DNA from: an uncultured Gemmatimonadales bacterium
GTDB lineage: Bacteria; Gemmatimonadota; Gemmatimonadetes; Longimicrobiales; RSA9
Direction of reading: 5' to 3'
NCBI GenBank assembly: GCA_963783305.1
Contig: CAWAMW010000016.1
Location: forward strand, 416,001 to 480,000
DNA: 64,000 bases
A model generated the notes under the pieces. That model was given only the letters and a program-made list of their open reading frames with translations. It did no database searches and was not told the origin of the DNA. This document shows, piece after piece, positions 8,455 through 21,134 of this stretch; the stretch's first letter is position 1; each line of letters begins with the position of its first letter. The translations under genes were made by a program, and so were the position numbers.

Positions 8455-9513
8455 ATGAACCAACCTGAGATTACGACCCCGGAAGCCCTCACGGAGGAGA
8501 TCGAGGCGGAGCTGTCGCTCCGGCCTCAGCGGCTGGCCGAGTTCATCGGGCAGACGAAGGTCAAGGAGTCGCTGCGGATCGCCATTGACGCGGCGAAGGG
8601 GCGGGGGGAGCCGCTGGACCATACGCTCTTTCACGGGCCGCCGGGGCTGGGGAAGACGACACTGGCGATGCTGATGTCGCGGGAGCTGGGGGTGCAGATC
8701 CGGACGACCTCGGGGCCGGTGCTGGAGAAGCCGGCGGACCTGGTGGGGCTGCTGACCAACCTGGAGGAGGGGGACATCCTCTTCATCGACGAGATCCATC
8801 GTCTGCGGCCGATCATCGAGGAGTTCCTGTACCCGGCCATGGAGGACTACCGGATCGACATCCGGCTCTCGGAGGGGCCGAAGGCGCAGACCATCACCAT
8901 GCCGGTGGAGCGGTTCACGCTGGTGGGGGCCACGACCCGGTTCGGACTCCTGACGCCGCCAATGCGCGCCCGCTTCGGGATCATCCAGAGACTCAACTAC
9001 TACGACGCGGCCGAGCTGATGGACATCGTGGTGCGGAGCGCGGAGATCCTGGAGGTGGGGACGACGGCGGAGGGCGCTGAGGAGATCGCGAAACGGAGCC
9101 GCGGCACCCCCCGGGTGGCGAACCGCCTGCTGCGCCGCGTCCGGGACTTCGCGCAGGTGCGTGCCGACGGCGTCATAACGGGGGCCGTGGCCGATGACGC
9201 ACTCCGGATGCTGGACGTCGACGAGTACGGTCTGGACGAGATGGACGCCCGGATCATCAAGACGCTGATCGAGAACTTCGAGGGCGGCCCGGCGGGGCTG
9301 AACACCCTGGCGGTCGCGGTCGGTGAGGACCCGGGCACCATCGAGGAGGTGTACGAGCCGTTCCTCATCCAGAACGGGTTCCTCATGCGCACGCCGCGCG
9401 GCCGGATGGCAACGAAGCGGGCGTTCAAGCGATTCGGCTACGCGGTGCCCCGGGACCTGGGCGACCGGGGTCAGATCCGGCTCTTCGACGAGGGTGCCTC
9501 CGACCCGGCGTGA
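8455..9513 (+). CDS. ruvB: Holliday junction branch migration helicase RuvB
   Basis: [46 protein letters not shown]. Confidence 0.98.
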   Translation: MNQPEITTPEALTEEIEAELSLRPQRLAEFIGQTKVKESLRIAIDAAKGRGEPLDHTLFHGPPGLGKTTLAMLMSRELGVQIRTTSGPVLEKPADLVGLLTNLEEGDILFIDEIHRLRPIIEEFLYPAMEDYRIDIRLSEGPKAQTITMPVERFTLVGATTRFGLLTPPMRARFGIIQRLNYYDAAELMDIVVRSAEILEVGTTAEGAEEIAKRSRGTPRVANRLLRRVRDFAQVRADGVITGAVADDALRMLDVDEYGLDEMDARIIKTLIENFEGGPAGLNTLAVAVGEDPGTIEEVYEPFLIQNGFLMRTPRGRMATKRAFKRFGYAVPRDLGDRGQIRLFDEGASDPA

Positions 9514-9590
9514 CCTCCGGGGTCGTCGCGCCGGCAGGCTTGGAACCTCCTGACACGAAGAGCATGAAGGAACGAAGGGATCGAAGATCG

Positions 9591-12114
<2,524 letters not shown>

Positions 12115-12139
12115 GCAACTTTGGAAGGAACGCGATCAG

Positions 12140-12670
12140 ATGTCCCTACTTGAGCTGCGCCTGATGGGCGATCCGGTATTGCGGGAGGAAGCCGCGCCCA
12201 TCGAGGCCGTGGATGACGAGATCCGGGCCCTCGCCCGGGACATGTTCGACACCATGTATGAAGCCGATGGGGTGGGGCTGGCCGCCAATCAGATCGGCAT
12301 CACCCGTCGCCTCATCGTGGTCGACCCACGGGAGGAGGGCGTCAAGCCGCGCGCGCTGGTGAACCCACGCGTCGTGGCTACCGGCGAGGAGACGGACCGC
12401 GCGGAGGAGGGCTGCCTCAGCATCCCCGGGCTCCGGGAGATCGTCGAGCGGAAGTCGAGCGTCGTGGTGGAGGCGCTGGACCTGGACGGCGAGACCGTGC
12501 GGATCGAGGCGGAAGGGCTCGCGGCCCGGGTGCTCCTCCACGAGATCGATCATCTCGATGGCGTCCTGTTCGTGGACCGCGTGAGCCCGTTGAAGCGCAG
12601 GATGCTGCTGAAGAAGTGGGCGAAGGTGAAGGGCGACTACGAGAGCGCCCCGTCGCGGACGGGCGGCTGA
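12140..12670 (+). CDS. def: Peptide deformylase
   Basis: GVGLAANQIG, EGCLS, HEIDH. Confidence 0.98.
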   Translation: MSLLELRLMGDPVLREEAAPIEAVDDEIRALARDMFDTMYEADGVGLAANQIGITRRLIVVDPREEGVKPRALVNPRVVATGEETDRAEEGCLSIPGLREIVERKSSVVVEALDLDGETVRIEAEGLAARVLLHEIDHLDGVLFVDRVSPLKRRMLLKKWAKVKGDYESAPSRTGG

Positions 12671-12671
12671 A

Positions 12672-13622
12672 GTGCGGGTCCTCTTCTGGGGCACACCGGA
12701 GTTCGCGCTGCCATCGCTCGGGGCGCTCCTGGGCGAAGGTCACGACGTGGTGGGCGTGGTCACACAGCCGGATCGGCCGCGGGGGCGGGGGCGATCGCCG
12801 TCGCCATCGCCGGTGAAGGAGCTGGCGGAGGCCGAGGGGCTGCCCGTCCTGCAGCCGGAGCGGGCGCGGGACCCGGCATTCCTGGACGTGGCGCGGAAGC
12901 TAGAGCCCGATGTGAGCGTGGTCGTCGCGTACGGCCAGATCCTCAGCCGGGAGGCGCTGGACGTGCCCACCCACGGGTCCATCAACGTTCACGCGTCACT
13001 GCTGCCGAAGCTGCGGGGTGCAGCCCCCATCCACTGGGCCATCATCCGCGGGCACGCGACCACCGGGATCACCACCATGCGAATGGTGGAGGCGCTCGAC
13101 GCCGGGCCCATGCTCATGCAGGTCGAGGAGCCCATCCTGCCGGAGGAAACGGTGACGGACCTCACCGTGCGGCTCAGCGAGCTGGGCGCGGGCACCATCA
13201 TCGAGACGCTGGCGCTCCTGGAGGCGGGCGACCTCGATGAGACGCCCCAGGACGATGGCGCCTCCACGTACGCTCCGATGATCGACCGGGACGTGGCCCG
13301 GGTCGACTGGAGCCGCCCCGCCCGCGAGGTGGCCGATCTGATCCGTGGCCTGGACGCCGTGCCCGGCGCGTGGACGCTCCAGAACGACGAGTCGGAGCTC
13401 AAGGTATACCGCCCGAGGGTGGCGGCCGGCGGCCACGGCAGCGGCACGGAGCCCGGCCGTATCCTGGACGTCGAGCCGGGGCGCCCGGAAGAAGGGCTGC
13501 TGGTGGCCTGCGGCGAGGACGCGGTCTGGGTGCGGGAGGTAAAGCCGGCCGGGAAGCGACGGATGAACAGCGCCGACTGGCTCCGCGGACGCGGGGCGCG
13601 GGCTGGCGATCGGCTGACGTGA
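12672..13622 (+). CDS. fmt: Methionyl-tRNA formyltransferase
   Basis: GTPEFA, VVTQPDRPRGRG, NVHASLLPKLRGAAPI. Confidence 0.97.
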   Translation: MRVLFWGTPEFALPSLGALLGEGHDVVGVVTQPDRPRGRGRSPSPSPVKELAEAEGLPVLQPERARDPAFLDVARKLEPDVSVVVAYGQILSREALDVPTHGSINVHASLLPKLRGAAPIHWAIIRGHATTGITTMRMVEALDAGPMLMQVEEPILPEETVTDLTVRLSELGAGTIIETLALLEAGDLDETPQDDGASTYAPMIDRDVARVDWSRPAREVADLIRGLDAVPGAWTLQNDESELKVYRPRVAAGGHGSGTEPGRILDVEPGRPEEGLLVACGEDAVWVREVKPAGKRRMNSADWLRGRGARAGDRLT

Positions 13623-14266
13623 TGCGGGTTCCGGGACTGCACGTCGTCACGGACGACGCGGTCCTGGGCGCGCCATGGTTCCGCGATCGGGCTCGGCGGC
13701 TCATCGAGTCTGTCGGCCCGTCGCTGGCGCTGCACCTGCGTGGACCCGCCACGGAGCCGGGGCGGCTCATGGAGCTGGCCAGCGCACTGCGGCCGGCGGC
13801 GGAGGAGGTGGGTGCGCTGCTCCTGGTCAACGACCGGGTCGATGTGGCGCTCGCGGCCGGGGTGGACGGGGTCCAGCTCGGCGGGCGATCACTGCCCGTT
13901 GCGGCGGTGCGGGCGCTCCGGTCCGACTTGCGGATCGGCGCGTCCATCCATGGCGTCACCGACGCGCGAGGGGCCGAGGGCGCGGACTTCCTCGTGCTGG
14001 GGACGATCTGGGCGAGCGAGTCCCACCCGGGGCGGGAAGGGGCCGGGCTCGGGCAGGTGCGCTCTGTGGTGGAGAGTGTGGACGTGCCGGTCATCGCCAT
14101 CGGCGGGGTGACGCCCCGCCGCGCCGCCGCCGCGCTGGCCGCCGGGGCATCCGGAGTGGCCGTCCTCCGGGGCGTGTGGGACGACGACGAGCCGGCCCGA
14201 GCGGCGGCGGAGTACCTGGGTTCGATGAAGCGAGCGGGAGAGGAGGACGCATGGCGGAAGAGCTGA
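13622..14266 (+). CDS. thiE: Thiamine phosphate synthase family (ThiE/TenI)
   Basis: [29 protein letters not shown]; adjacent to thiS-thiG; could be TenI-like. Confidence 0.78.
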   Translation: MRVPGLHVVTDDAVLGAPWFRDRARRLIESVGPSLALHLRGPATEPGRLMELASALRPAAEEVGALLLVNDRVDVALAAGVDGVQLGGRSLPVAAVRALRSDLRIGASIHGVTDARGAEGADFLVLGTIWASESHPGREGAGLGQVRSVVESVDVPVIAIGGVTPRRAAAALAAGASGVAVLRGVWDDDEPARAAAEYLGSMKRAGEEDAWRKS

Positions 14267-14466
14267 TCCGCGTGACTGTGAACGGGGACGATCGCGAGAT
14301 CGCCGCGGGGCACACGGTCCGGACGTTCCTGGAATCGCTGGATCTGCACCCTGGCCTGGTGGTGGTGGAGCGAAACCGAGAGATCCTCGACCGCGACCGC
14401 TACGGCGCGGTGACCGTGCAGCCCGGCGATGTGCTGGAGCTGGTGCACTTCGTCGGCGGTGGCTGA
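14251..14466 (+). CDS. thiS: Sulfur carrier protein ThiS
   Basis: VNGD...VVERNREI...[10 protein letters not shown]-terminus; GGAGG RBS. Confidence 0.95.
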   Translation: MAEELIRVTVNGDDREIAAGHTVRTFLESLDLHPGLVVVERNREILDRDRYGAVTVQPGDVLELVHFVGGG

Positions 14467-14534
14467 GATGGACAGCGGGGGACTGGAACCCGAACACGAG
14501 GGTCACGTGGCCCACACATCAACGGAAGACGACG

Positions 14535-15338
14535 ATGGATAGAGCAGCGAACGCACCGACTGTGGAGGACGCACCCCTCCGGATCGGCGGCAGGGAGTTC
14601 CGCTCCCGGCTGATCGTGGGGACGGGGAAGTACGCCTCGAACCAGGAGATGGTGGACGCCATCGCGGCGTCCGGGGCCGACATGGTCACCGTGGCCGTGC
14701 GCCGGGTGGACCTGGACCGGACGAAGGAGGAGGGGGTCCTCTACCACCTCGATCCCAGGGAGATCTTCCTGCTGCCGAACACCGCCGGGTGCTATACGGC
14801 GGAGGACGCGATCCGGTACGCGCGGCTCGGCCGTGAGGCCGGGATGAGCGATTTCGTGAAACTGGAGGTCATTGGCGACCAGGACACGCTGCTGCCGGAT
14901 GTCCAGGCCACGCTGGAGGCCGCCCGGGTGCTGGTGGACGAGGGGTTCCATGTCCTGGCGTACACGAACGAGGACGTCGTCACCGCGCTCCGGCTCGAGG
15001 ACGCCGGCTGCGCCGCCGTCATGCCGCTGGCCAGCCCCATCGGGAGCGGGCTCGGGCTCGTGAACCCCTACTACATCCGGGAGATCAAGAAACGGCTGGA
15101 GGTGCCGGTGATCGTGGACGCCGGAGTGGGCACGGCCTCCGATGCCTGCGAGACGATGGAGCAGGGTGTGGACGGGATCCTCATGAACACCGCTCTCGCG
15201 GCGGCGAAGAAGCCGGCTGTCATGGCGCGCGCCATGAAGCTCGGCGTCGAGGCCGGCCGGCTCGCGTACCTCGCCGGCCGCATGCCGCGCCGCGAATGGG
15301 CGGTGCCGTCCTCACCGACCGACGGGATGCTCGAGTAG
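14535..15338 (+). CDS. thiG: Thiazole synthase
   Basis: [48 protein letters not shown]. Confidence 0.98.
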   Translation: MDRAANAPTVEDAPLRIGGREFRSRLIVGTGKYASNQEMVDAIAASGADMVTVAVRRVDLDRTKEEGVLYHLDPREIFLLPNTAGCYTAEDAIRYARLGREAGMSDFVKLEVIGDQDTLLPDVQATLEAARVLVDEGFHVLAYTNEDVVTALRLEDAGCAAVMPLASPIGSGLGLVNPYYIREIKKRLEVPVIVDAGVGTASDACETMEQGVDGILMNTALAAAKKPAVMARAMKLGVEAGRLAYLAGRMPRREWAVPSSPTDGMLE

Positions 15339-15349
15339 TCGGGAGGCCG

Positions 15350-16201
15350 CTAACCCGGTTTGTGACCCGACACCCCGAGCGCCTCCGGCTCCCTGCGCAC
15401 GCGCACGAACCCGAGGGCGGAGAGCCGGTCCTTCACGCGCCCGGGCAGGTCCTGTCCGCGCGTCCGGCTGCCAGGGTCGCCGGTGTAGTGGAAGAGGCGG
15501 CCGCGGGGACGCAGCACCCGGAACAGCTGACGGTAGAACTCGTCGCCATAGAGATCTCCGGCCACCGCCAGGGTTGGAGGGTCGTGGATGACGAAGTCGA
15601 AGGCATTGCCCGGGAGCTCCGAGATGGCCTCCGCGACGTTCTCGTTCCGCAGCTCCATGTTGCCGGTGTCATCGAACAGCGGCTGTGAGTACGGGTTGAG
15701 CCGGGCCATGTCCACCACGTTCGGATCGATCTCGAAGACCGTGACGGAATCGGCGGTCTGGGCCGCGTGGATCGCCGAGTAGCCGAGCCCGCAACACGTC
15801 TCCAGCACCCGGCCGCGGATGGGCGCGATGGCGGCGATCTTCGATTCGGCGTCGGCTTTCGGGTCCGTGCCCTTGATCCGGTGCATGAGGATGCCGGAGA
15901 TCTCCAGCGCCGGCCACCCGCTCGTAGCCCGGAGCGTGTACACCTTGTTGGTCTCCCGGGAGAACCAGGTGACCTTCTCCGGCTCATCGTCCAGGACGGT
16001 GTAGATCGATTCCGGGTTCCCAGCGATGACGTCGAGCCCCGCAGCGCTCAGCGCCTGGCCGTCCGGGAGCCGCACCGCACCCGCCTCCAGCGGGAGCTCG
16101 ATCTCCGACCGCCCGAGGTCGAGCGTGGTCGTGACCGTCTCCTCCCCCCGCTCCAGCCGCGCCTGGATCGCCCTGGCCGCCGAACGCGTCAGGAGGATCA
16201 C
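15350..16201 (-). CDS. Class I SAM-dependent methyltransferase, COG2521-like (mostly archaeal family)
   Basis: GTG at 16201 overlaps the cdd stop; EISGILMH, CCGLGYSAI, IHDPP..AGDLY..EFY, LFHYTGDPG. Confidence 0.8.
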   Translation of the reverse strand: MILLTRSAARAIQARLERGEETVTTTLDLGRSEIELPLEAGAVRLPDGQALSAAGLDVIAGNPESIYTVLDDEPEKVTWFSRETNKVYTLRATSGWPALEISGILMHRIKGTDPKADAESKIAAIAPIRGRVLETCCGLGYSAIHAAQTADSVTVFEIDPNVVDMARLNPYSQPLFDDTGNMELRNENVAEAISELPGNAFDFVIHDPPTLAVAGDLYGDEFYRQLFRVLRPRGRLFHYTGDPGSRTRGQDLPGRVKDRLSALGFVRVRREPEALGVSGHKPG

Positions 16202-16644
16202 TGGGACAGCGGATCGAAGGGAAGGGGGAGGAGCTCCGCGAGAGATGCGACCGTGACTCGGTCCGTGCCGGGGGCGTCCATGAGGACCCGGGTCCCCGTC
16301 CCCGTGGTGGCCGCCATCTCGTGCAGCACCTGTCGACAGGAGCCGCACGGGCTCACGACCTGCCCGCGCGGGAGCCGGTCGCCGAGGGCGCTGACCGCGA
16401 CCGCGCTGAAGGACCGCTCCCCACCCGCGTTGGCGCGACCTACCGCCATACGCTCGGCGCAGATGGTGGATCCGTAGGCGGCGTTCTCCACGTTGGAGCC
16501 GGTGACCACGCCCGTGGCCGTCCGCAGCGCAGCGCCCACCCGCACGCCCGAATACGGAGCATAGGCGGTGGCGAGAACCTCGCGCGCCGCGTCCATGAGC
16601 TCCCGGTCCTCCGGGTCGAGCTGGTCGTATCGTACTGTTTCCAC
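16198..16644 (-). CDS. cdd: Cytidine deaminase (homotetrameric type)
   Basis: AYAPYS, NVENAAY, CAER, PCGSCRQ. Confidence 0.95.
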   Translation of the reverse strand: METVRYDQLDPEDRELMDAAREVLATAYAPYSGVRVGAALRTATGVVTGSNVENAAYGSTICAERMAVGRANAGGERSFSAVAVSALGDRLPRGQVVSPCGSCRQVLHEMAATTGTGTRVLMDAPGTDRVTVASLAELLPLPFDPLSQ

Positions 16645-16834
16645 CGCGCGTCCTCGGTCTGTTCGAGTCCCTTCGCCCCCGGCTCTTCCCCCCGCCGGGT
16701 TTCCTCGTGCCGCCCCCTCATTGTATCATTCACGGCTACTGGTGGGGGTCGACGGCGACGAGGCGTAAAGTGAGCGACGGCAGCAAAATACGCGAGCAGG
16801 GATCGGACCAGACCCGGGCGGGGGGGAAATAGCC

Positions 16835-17593
16835 GTGCTCGGGGATTCGCTGCGTCGGCGTCGCGGGGCTGAACGGCCCCGGCCGCCGAAGGGGGAGGGG
16901 GAGCGGGAGCGGCCCAAGGGGCCAGCGCGGACGCGACGGGTAAGCAGGGGGAGCGCCGCTCTCGGTTTCTGGGGGCGCTGGCTGCTGGCCGCCCTCGTGG
17001 TTCTCGGAGGCAGCTTCGGCGTCGGATACCTGCTATCGACCATGGTCCTCTTCCCGCCGCCGGAGACCGCCGGGACGGGGATTCCCACGCCGTCGCTCTA
17101 CGGCGAGACGCGGGAGGCCGCCCAGCGGGCCCTCGCCTCGGCCGGCCTGGAGCTCGGGGAGGTGTCGGAGCTGGCCAGCGTGGATACGGAGCGGGGTCGC
17201 GTGCTGGCTCAGGATCCCATTCCGGGGCAGGAGCTGCGTCGAGGGGGCACCGTATCCATCGCGCTGAGCGGAGGTCCGCCAGCGCTCGTGATCCCGCCCG
17301 TAACCGGGATGAGCCTCGGGACCGCCCGGGCGCTGCTGGAGACCCTCGGCTTCGATGTGGCCGAGCAGCTGTCCGATGAAGCCCGCGCCCCCGAAGGGAC
17401 GGTGGTTGCGACGGAGCCGGAGGCCGGTAGCCGCAGGCCGCTGCCGGCGGTGGTCACGCTGGTGGTCAGCCGCGGAGCGCCGCGGGATTCGACGGGCCAG
17501 CTACTGGACGCAGTGGGCCAGCCCATGGACACGGCGGTCGTGCCGAGGGCCCCTCGCGCCGGCGCTGATGGCCGGGGCGGAGCGGATCGTTGA
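16835..17593 (+). CDS. Membrane-anchored PASTA-domain protein
   Basis: Single TM helix, then two PASTA-like repeats (RVLAQDPIPG...; GTVVATEPEAG). Confidence 0.8.
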   Translation: MLGDSLRRRRGAERPRPPKGEGERERPKGPARTRRVSRGSAALGFWGRWLLAALVVLGGSFGVGYLLSTMVLFPPPETAGTGIPTPSLYGETREAAQRALASAGLELGEVSELASVDTERGRVLAQDPIPGQELRRGGTVSIALSGGPPALVIPPVTGMSLGTARALLETLGFDVAEQLSDEARAPEGTVVATEPEAGSRRPLPAVVTLVVSRGAPRDSTGQLLDAVGQPMDTAVVPRAPRAGADGRGGADR

Positions 17594-18159
17594 GAATAGG
17601 CGACCGAGGGCGGGACCTCCTCGTAAGCGTCCTCTTTCTCCTCGTGGTGGGAGGGCTGGTGGCGCTGGGGTGGCTGAACCGCGACTCGGCCATCACACTC
17701 GAGCGGGGGGAGACGGCCCCGGCGCTGGAGCTGCCCAGCATCGAGGGAGGGACGATCTCGCTCGCGGAGCTGAGGGGGAAGGTCATCATGCTGAATATCT
17801 GGGCCACGTGGTGCCCACCGTGCCTGAAGGAGATGCCGTCCATGCAGAAGGTCTACGAACGGCACCGCGGCGATGGCCTCGAGATCCTTGCGGTAGCGGT
17901 GGATGACCACCCCGGCGCCCGTATGGAAGATGGCCGGATCGTGGGCCTGGTCAGTGAGTTCGTGGAGCGGCTCGGAGTGACGTTCCCCGTGGTCGTGGAC
18001 CCCACGGGCGAGACGGAGAAGCGGTTCGGCACCGAGTACCTTCCCACCACGGTCCTCATCGACCGCGAGGGCCGCATCCGCGCGAGGGAGATCGGCGGCC
18101 GCTTCTGGGATGAGGAGCCGTTCATCGACATGGTGGAATCCCTGCTGGAGGAGAAATGA
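17590..18159 (+). CDS. TlpA/ResA-family thiol-disulfide oxidoreductase
   Basis: N-terminal TM; LNIWATWCPPCLKEMP; PTTVLIDREG. Confidence 0.93.
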   Translation: MRIGDRGRDLLVSVLFLLVVGGLVALGWLNRDSAITLERGETAPALELPSIEGGTISLAELRGKVIMLNIWATWCPPCLKEMPSMQKVYERHRGDGLEILAVAVDDHPGARMEDGRIVGLVSEFVERLGVTFPVVVDPTGETEKRFGTEYLPTTVLIDREGRIRAREIGGRFWDEEPFIDMVESLLEEK

Positions 18160-18869
18160 TCCGCCCTCACATTGGCATGGTGACCGAGAACTGGACGCTC
18201 AAGCTGGCCGCGCTCGTGCTGGCGGTCATGCTCTGGCTCGCTGTCACCGCCAACCAGCCGGAGCGAGCCACGTTCCGGAACGTGCCCGTGGAGGTGGACC
18301 TCCGCGATCCCGACTGGCGGCTCGAACGCACGGTGCCCGAGTACGTCGCCATCACGCTGCAGGGGCCGCGGGGCGAGCTCATGGACCTGAGCTCCGATCC
18401 GCCCCGTCTGGTCCTCCCAGTGGAGCGGGTCAGCGACTCCGTGGAGGTGCAGGTGGTTCCGCTCCAGTGGATCCAGCTCCCGACCGGCGTCCGCGAGACC
18501 CGTGTGCTCCGGATGCGCCCCGACACCATTCGCCTCCACTACCAGCGCCTCGAGACCCGAACGCTGCCCGTCCAGATCTACACCCGAGGCGACCTCCCGC
18601 AGGGGTATTCGCTATCCCTGCCGCTCCACACGAATCCGAGCTCCGTCTCCGTGCGGGGGCCCACCGGCGTGCTCTCCCGCATCGATTCCGTGCCGCTGCT
18701 CCCCGTCGACCTCTCGGGACTCCGCTCCACCACCAATATCCCCGTCTCGGTCGATACGGCGGCCTTCGACCTCCTCACGTTCGAGCCGGTGGAAGTCAAT
18801 GTCGTGTTGCGCGTGGTCCCCACCGACTCGATCCCGGCGGATACGACACGGAGCGGAGACGCCTCCTGA
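18156..18869 (+). CDS. YbbR/CdaR-like domain protein
   Basis: ENWTLKLAALVLAVMLW N-terminus; YbbR-like beta repeats (PSSVSVRGP). Confidence 0.8.
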   Translation: MIRPHIGMVTENWTLKLAALVLAVMLWLAVTANQPERATFRNVPVEVDLRDPDWRLERTVPEYVAITLQGPRGELMDLSSDPPRLVLPVERVSDSVEVQVVPLQWIQLPTGVRETRVLRMRPDTIRLHYQRLETRTLPVQIYTRGDLPQGYSLSLPLHTNPSSVSVRGPTGVLSRIDSVPLLPVDLSGLRSTTNIPVSVDTAAFDLLTFEPVEVNVVLRVVPTDSIPADTTRSGDAS

Positions 18870-19936
18870 TGGCGCGGGACCGCGTCGTGCTGGGAATCGA
18901 GACGTCGTGCGACGAGACTTCCTCCGCCGTCCTCGTGGGCGACCAGCTGCGGAGCCATGTCATCCTCTCACAGGACGTGCACAAGGTGTACGCCGGCGTG
19001 GTGCCCGAGCTCGCTGCCCGCGCCCATATGCGGGTCCTGGACGATGTGGTGACCACCGCGCTCGAGGACGCAGGTCTCGACCTCGAGGCCGTCGATGTGT
19101 TCGGCGTCACCGCCGGGCCCGGGCTGATCGGCGCGCTTCTGGTGGGCGTGGCCTGGAGCAAGTCGGCCGCCTGGGCGCTCTCACGCCCCGTGGTGGGTGT
19201 GCACCACATGGAGGCGCACCTGTTCGCGGCCAGCCTCGAGGACCCGCACGCCGTGCCGCCGTTCGTGGCGCTACTGGTTTCCGGCGGTCACACCCTCCTC
19301 CTCTGGGTCCCCGAGTGGGGTCACTACGAGCTGCTCGGCGAGACCCGGGATGACGCGGCGGGCGAGGCGTTCGACAAGGTCGCCCGCATCCTGGGCATGG
19401 AGTACCCGGGAGGGCCCGAGATCGAACGCGCCGCGGTCCGCGCCGCCGATGCCGCGTCGAATGACCCCGCCGACGAGCACGCTTTCCCGCGCCCCATGCT
19501 GGCAGGGAACCAGAATCCCGCCGACGATGCCTACTACGCTTTCTCCTTCAGCGGGCTCAAGACCGCCGTGCTGAACCGCGTGCAGTCGCTTCGCGACGAC
19601 GGACGCCTCGAGCAGCAGCGGGACGAGGTCGCCCGATCCTTTCAGCGGGCGGTCACGGACGTGCTGGTGTCCAAGACCATGCGGGCGGTGGAGGAAAAGG
19701 GGTGCCGGCGGGTGCTCATCGGCGGCGGCGTCGCGGCGAGCCAGGCGCTCCGGAGCGCCTTCCGCGATGCCCTGGGCGAGCACGGTCGACTCTTTCACCC
19801 CTCCCCGAGAATGGCCACCGACAACGGCGCCATGATCGCCCGTACCGCTGCCTTCCGGTTCGATCAGGGCGACACCGCCGGCCTCGACCTCAGCGCTCGC
19901 GCCGACCTCCCGTTCCCGGGGCTCGTGCGCCGATGA
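18869..19936 (+). CDS. tsaD: tRNA N6-adenosine threonylcarbamoyltransferase TsaD
   Basis: LGIETSCDET, GVVPELAARAH, HHMEAH, VSGGHT, DDAAGEAFDK, FSFSGLKT, TDNGAMI. Confidence 0.98.
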   Translation: MARDRVVLGIETSCDETSSAVLVGDQLRSHVILSQDVHKVYAGVVPELAARAHMRVLDDVVTTALEDAGLDLEAVDVFGVTAGPGLIGALLVGVAWSKSAAWALSRPVVGVHHMEAHLFAASLEDPHAVPPFVALLVSGGHTLLLWVPEWGHYELLGETRDDAAGEAFDKVARILGMEYPGGPEIERAAVRAADAASNDPADEHAFPRPMLAGNQNPADDAYYAFSFSGLKTAVLNRVQSLRDDGRLEQQRDEVARSFQRAVTDVLVSKTMRAVEEKGCRRVLIGGGVAASQALRSAFRDALGEHGRLFHPSPRMATDNGAMIARTAAFRFDQGDTAGLDLSARADLPFPGLVRR

Positions 19937-20141
19937 TCCGTGCGCTCTTCGTGCAGCGACTCCGCCGGTCGTGGCCGCCGTGCCTGGAGATTCGGAACGA
20001 TTCCCGCATGGGCGCTTCGTGCCTCTTCGGGCCGTACCCGGTGCTCGGTGGGGAGGCGCGCGCCCTGGCGGGGACAACGGCCGCGGTGGGTGTGGCGCTG
20101 CGGACCAGACGTGAACCGAGCGCTCAGTCGAGCGAGGTCGC

Positions 20142-21008
20142 ATGATCACGATCCTGCACGTGTCGGATCTCCATTTCGGACCTCCCTACCTTCCGAACGT
20201 GGGGGAGGCGCTGCTCCAGGCGGCGCACGCCGTGGACCCCGACATCGTGGTGGCGAGCGGAGATTTCACGCAGCGGGCCAAGGAAGAGCAGTTCAGGGAG
20301 GCCCGCGCCTTTTTAAACCGGATGCCGGCGGTGCCAACGGTCGTGGTGCCCGGGAACCACGACGTGCCGCTGTACCGGATCGCGGAGCGGATCTTCAACC
20401 CGTACAAGTACTACAAGGCGTACATCTCCGAGGAGCTGGACCAGGTGGTGAGCACGGACGATGTGCTCATTGTGGCGCTCAACTCCACGAGCCCCCTGCG
20501 GCATATCACGAATGGCCGAATCGAAGCGAGCCAGCTGCGGTTCACTCGCCGGGCGTTCGACCGGGCGACGGATCGCCAGGTCCGGATCGTCGTGGCGCAT
20601 CACCATTTCGCCCCCGCCCCGGATTACGAGGGGGGCGAGGTCATGCCGCACGGGAAGTATGCGATCGACGCGTTCACGGAATCGAAGGTCGATCTGATCC
20701 TGGGCGGGCACCTGCACCGGGCCTACATCGGCAACTCCCTCGACCTCTACCCCGGGCTCGACAAGGACCACGGGATCATCATCGTCCAGAGCGGCACGTC
20801 CACATCCCGGCGCGGGAGGGTGCGGGAGCGGGAGAAGAACTCGTTCAACCTCATCCGCATTACGGACGAGGTAATCCGCATCACGCACTACATGTTCTTC
20901 GACGATACCGGTGGCTTCGCGTCCGTGAGCCGTCATATCTTCCCTCGCAGTCATGTCGCGTTCTTCAGTGATAGCGTGACCGCCGCCCTGGAGGACGGGA
21001 GCGTGTGA
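20142..21008 (+). CDS. Metallophosphoesterase (calcineurin-like, CpdA/Icc family)
   Basis: SDLHFG, SGDFT, PGNHD, HH, GHLH motifs. Confidence 0.92.
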   Translation: MITILHVSDLHFGPPYLPNVGEALLQAAHAVDPDIVVASGDFTQRAKEEQFREARAFLNRMPAVPTVVVPGNHDVPLYRIAERIFNPYKYYKAYISEELDQVVSTDDVLIVALNSTSPLRHITNGRIEASQLRFTRRAFDRATDRQVRIVVAHHHFAPAPDYEGGEVMPHGKYAIDAFTESKVDLILGGHLHRAYIGNSLDLYPGLDKDHGIIIVQSGTSTSRRGRVREREKNSFNLIRITDEVIRITHYMFFDDTGGFASVSRHIFPRSHVAFFSDSVTAALEDGSV

Positions 21009-21134
21009 GGCGGACCTTCTGTGGTGGCGCCGCTGAACCGGGCGGTGCGCTTTGCAGCAATCCCGCGAGATCGATTCGATGAGTAAGCTCATCCGTCCTG
21101 TTCCTCTCCACTCTTCAATCGGGCAGGCGTTCCG

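Noticed and set aside
14459..14534. TPP riboswitch before thiG (GGCTGAGA...ACCC)
   Set aside because: CTGAGA is just the thiS stop region; the CCTGA and GTAATGC/GGGA core elements are absent
19933..20145. Small ORF between tsaD and the metallophosphoesterase
   Set aside because: Overlap-coupled frame exists, but the composition is not protein-like and I recognise no motif
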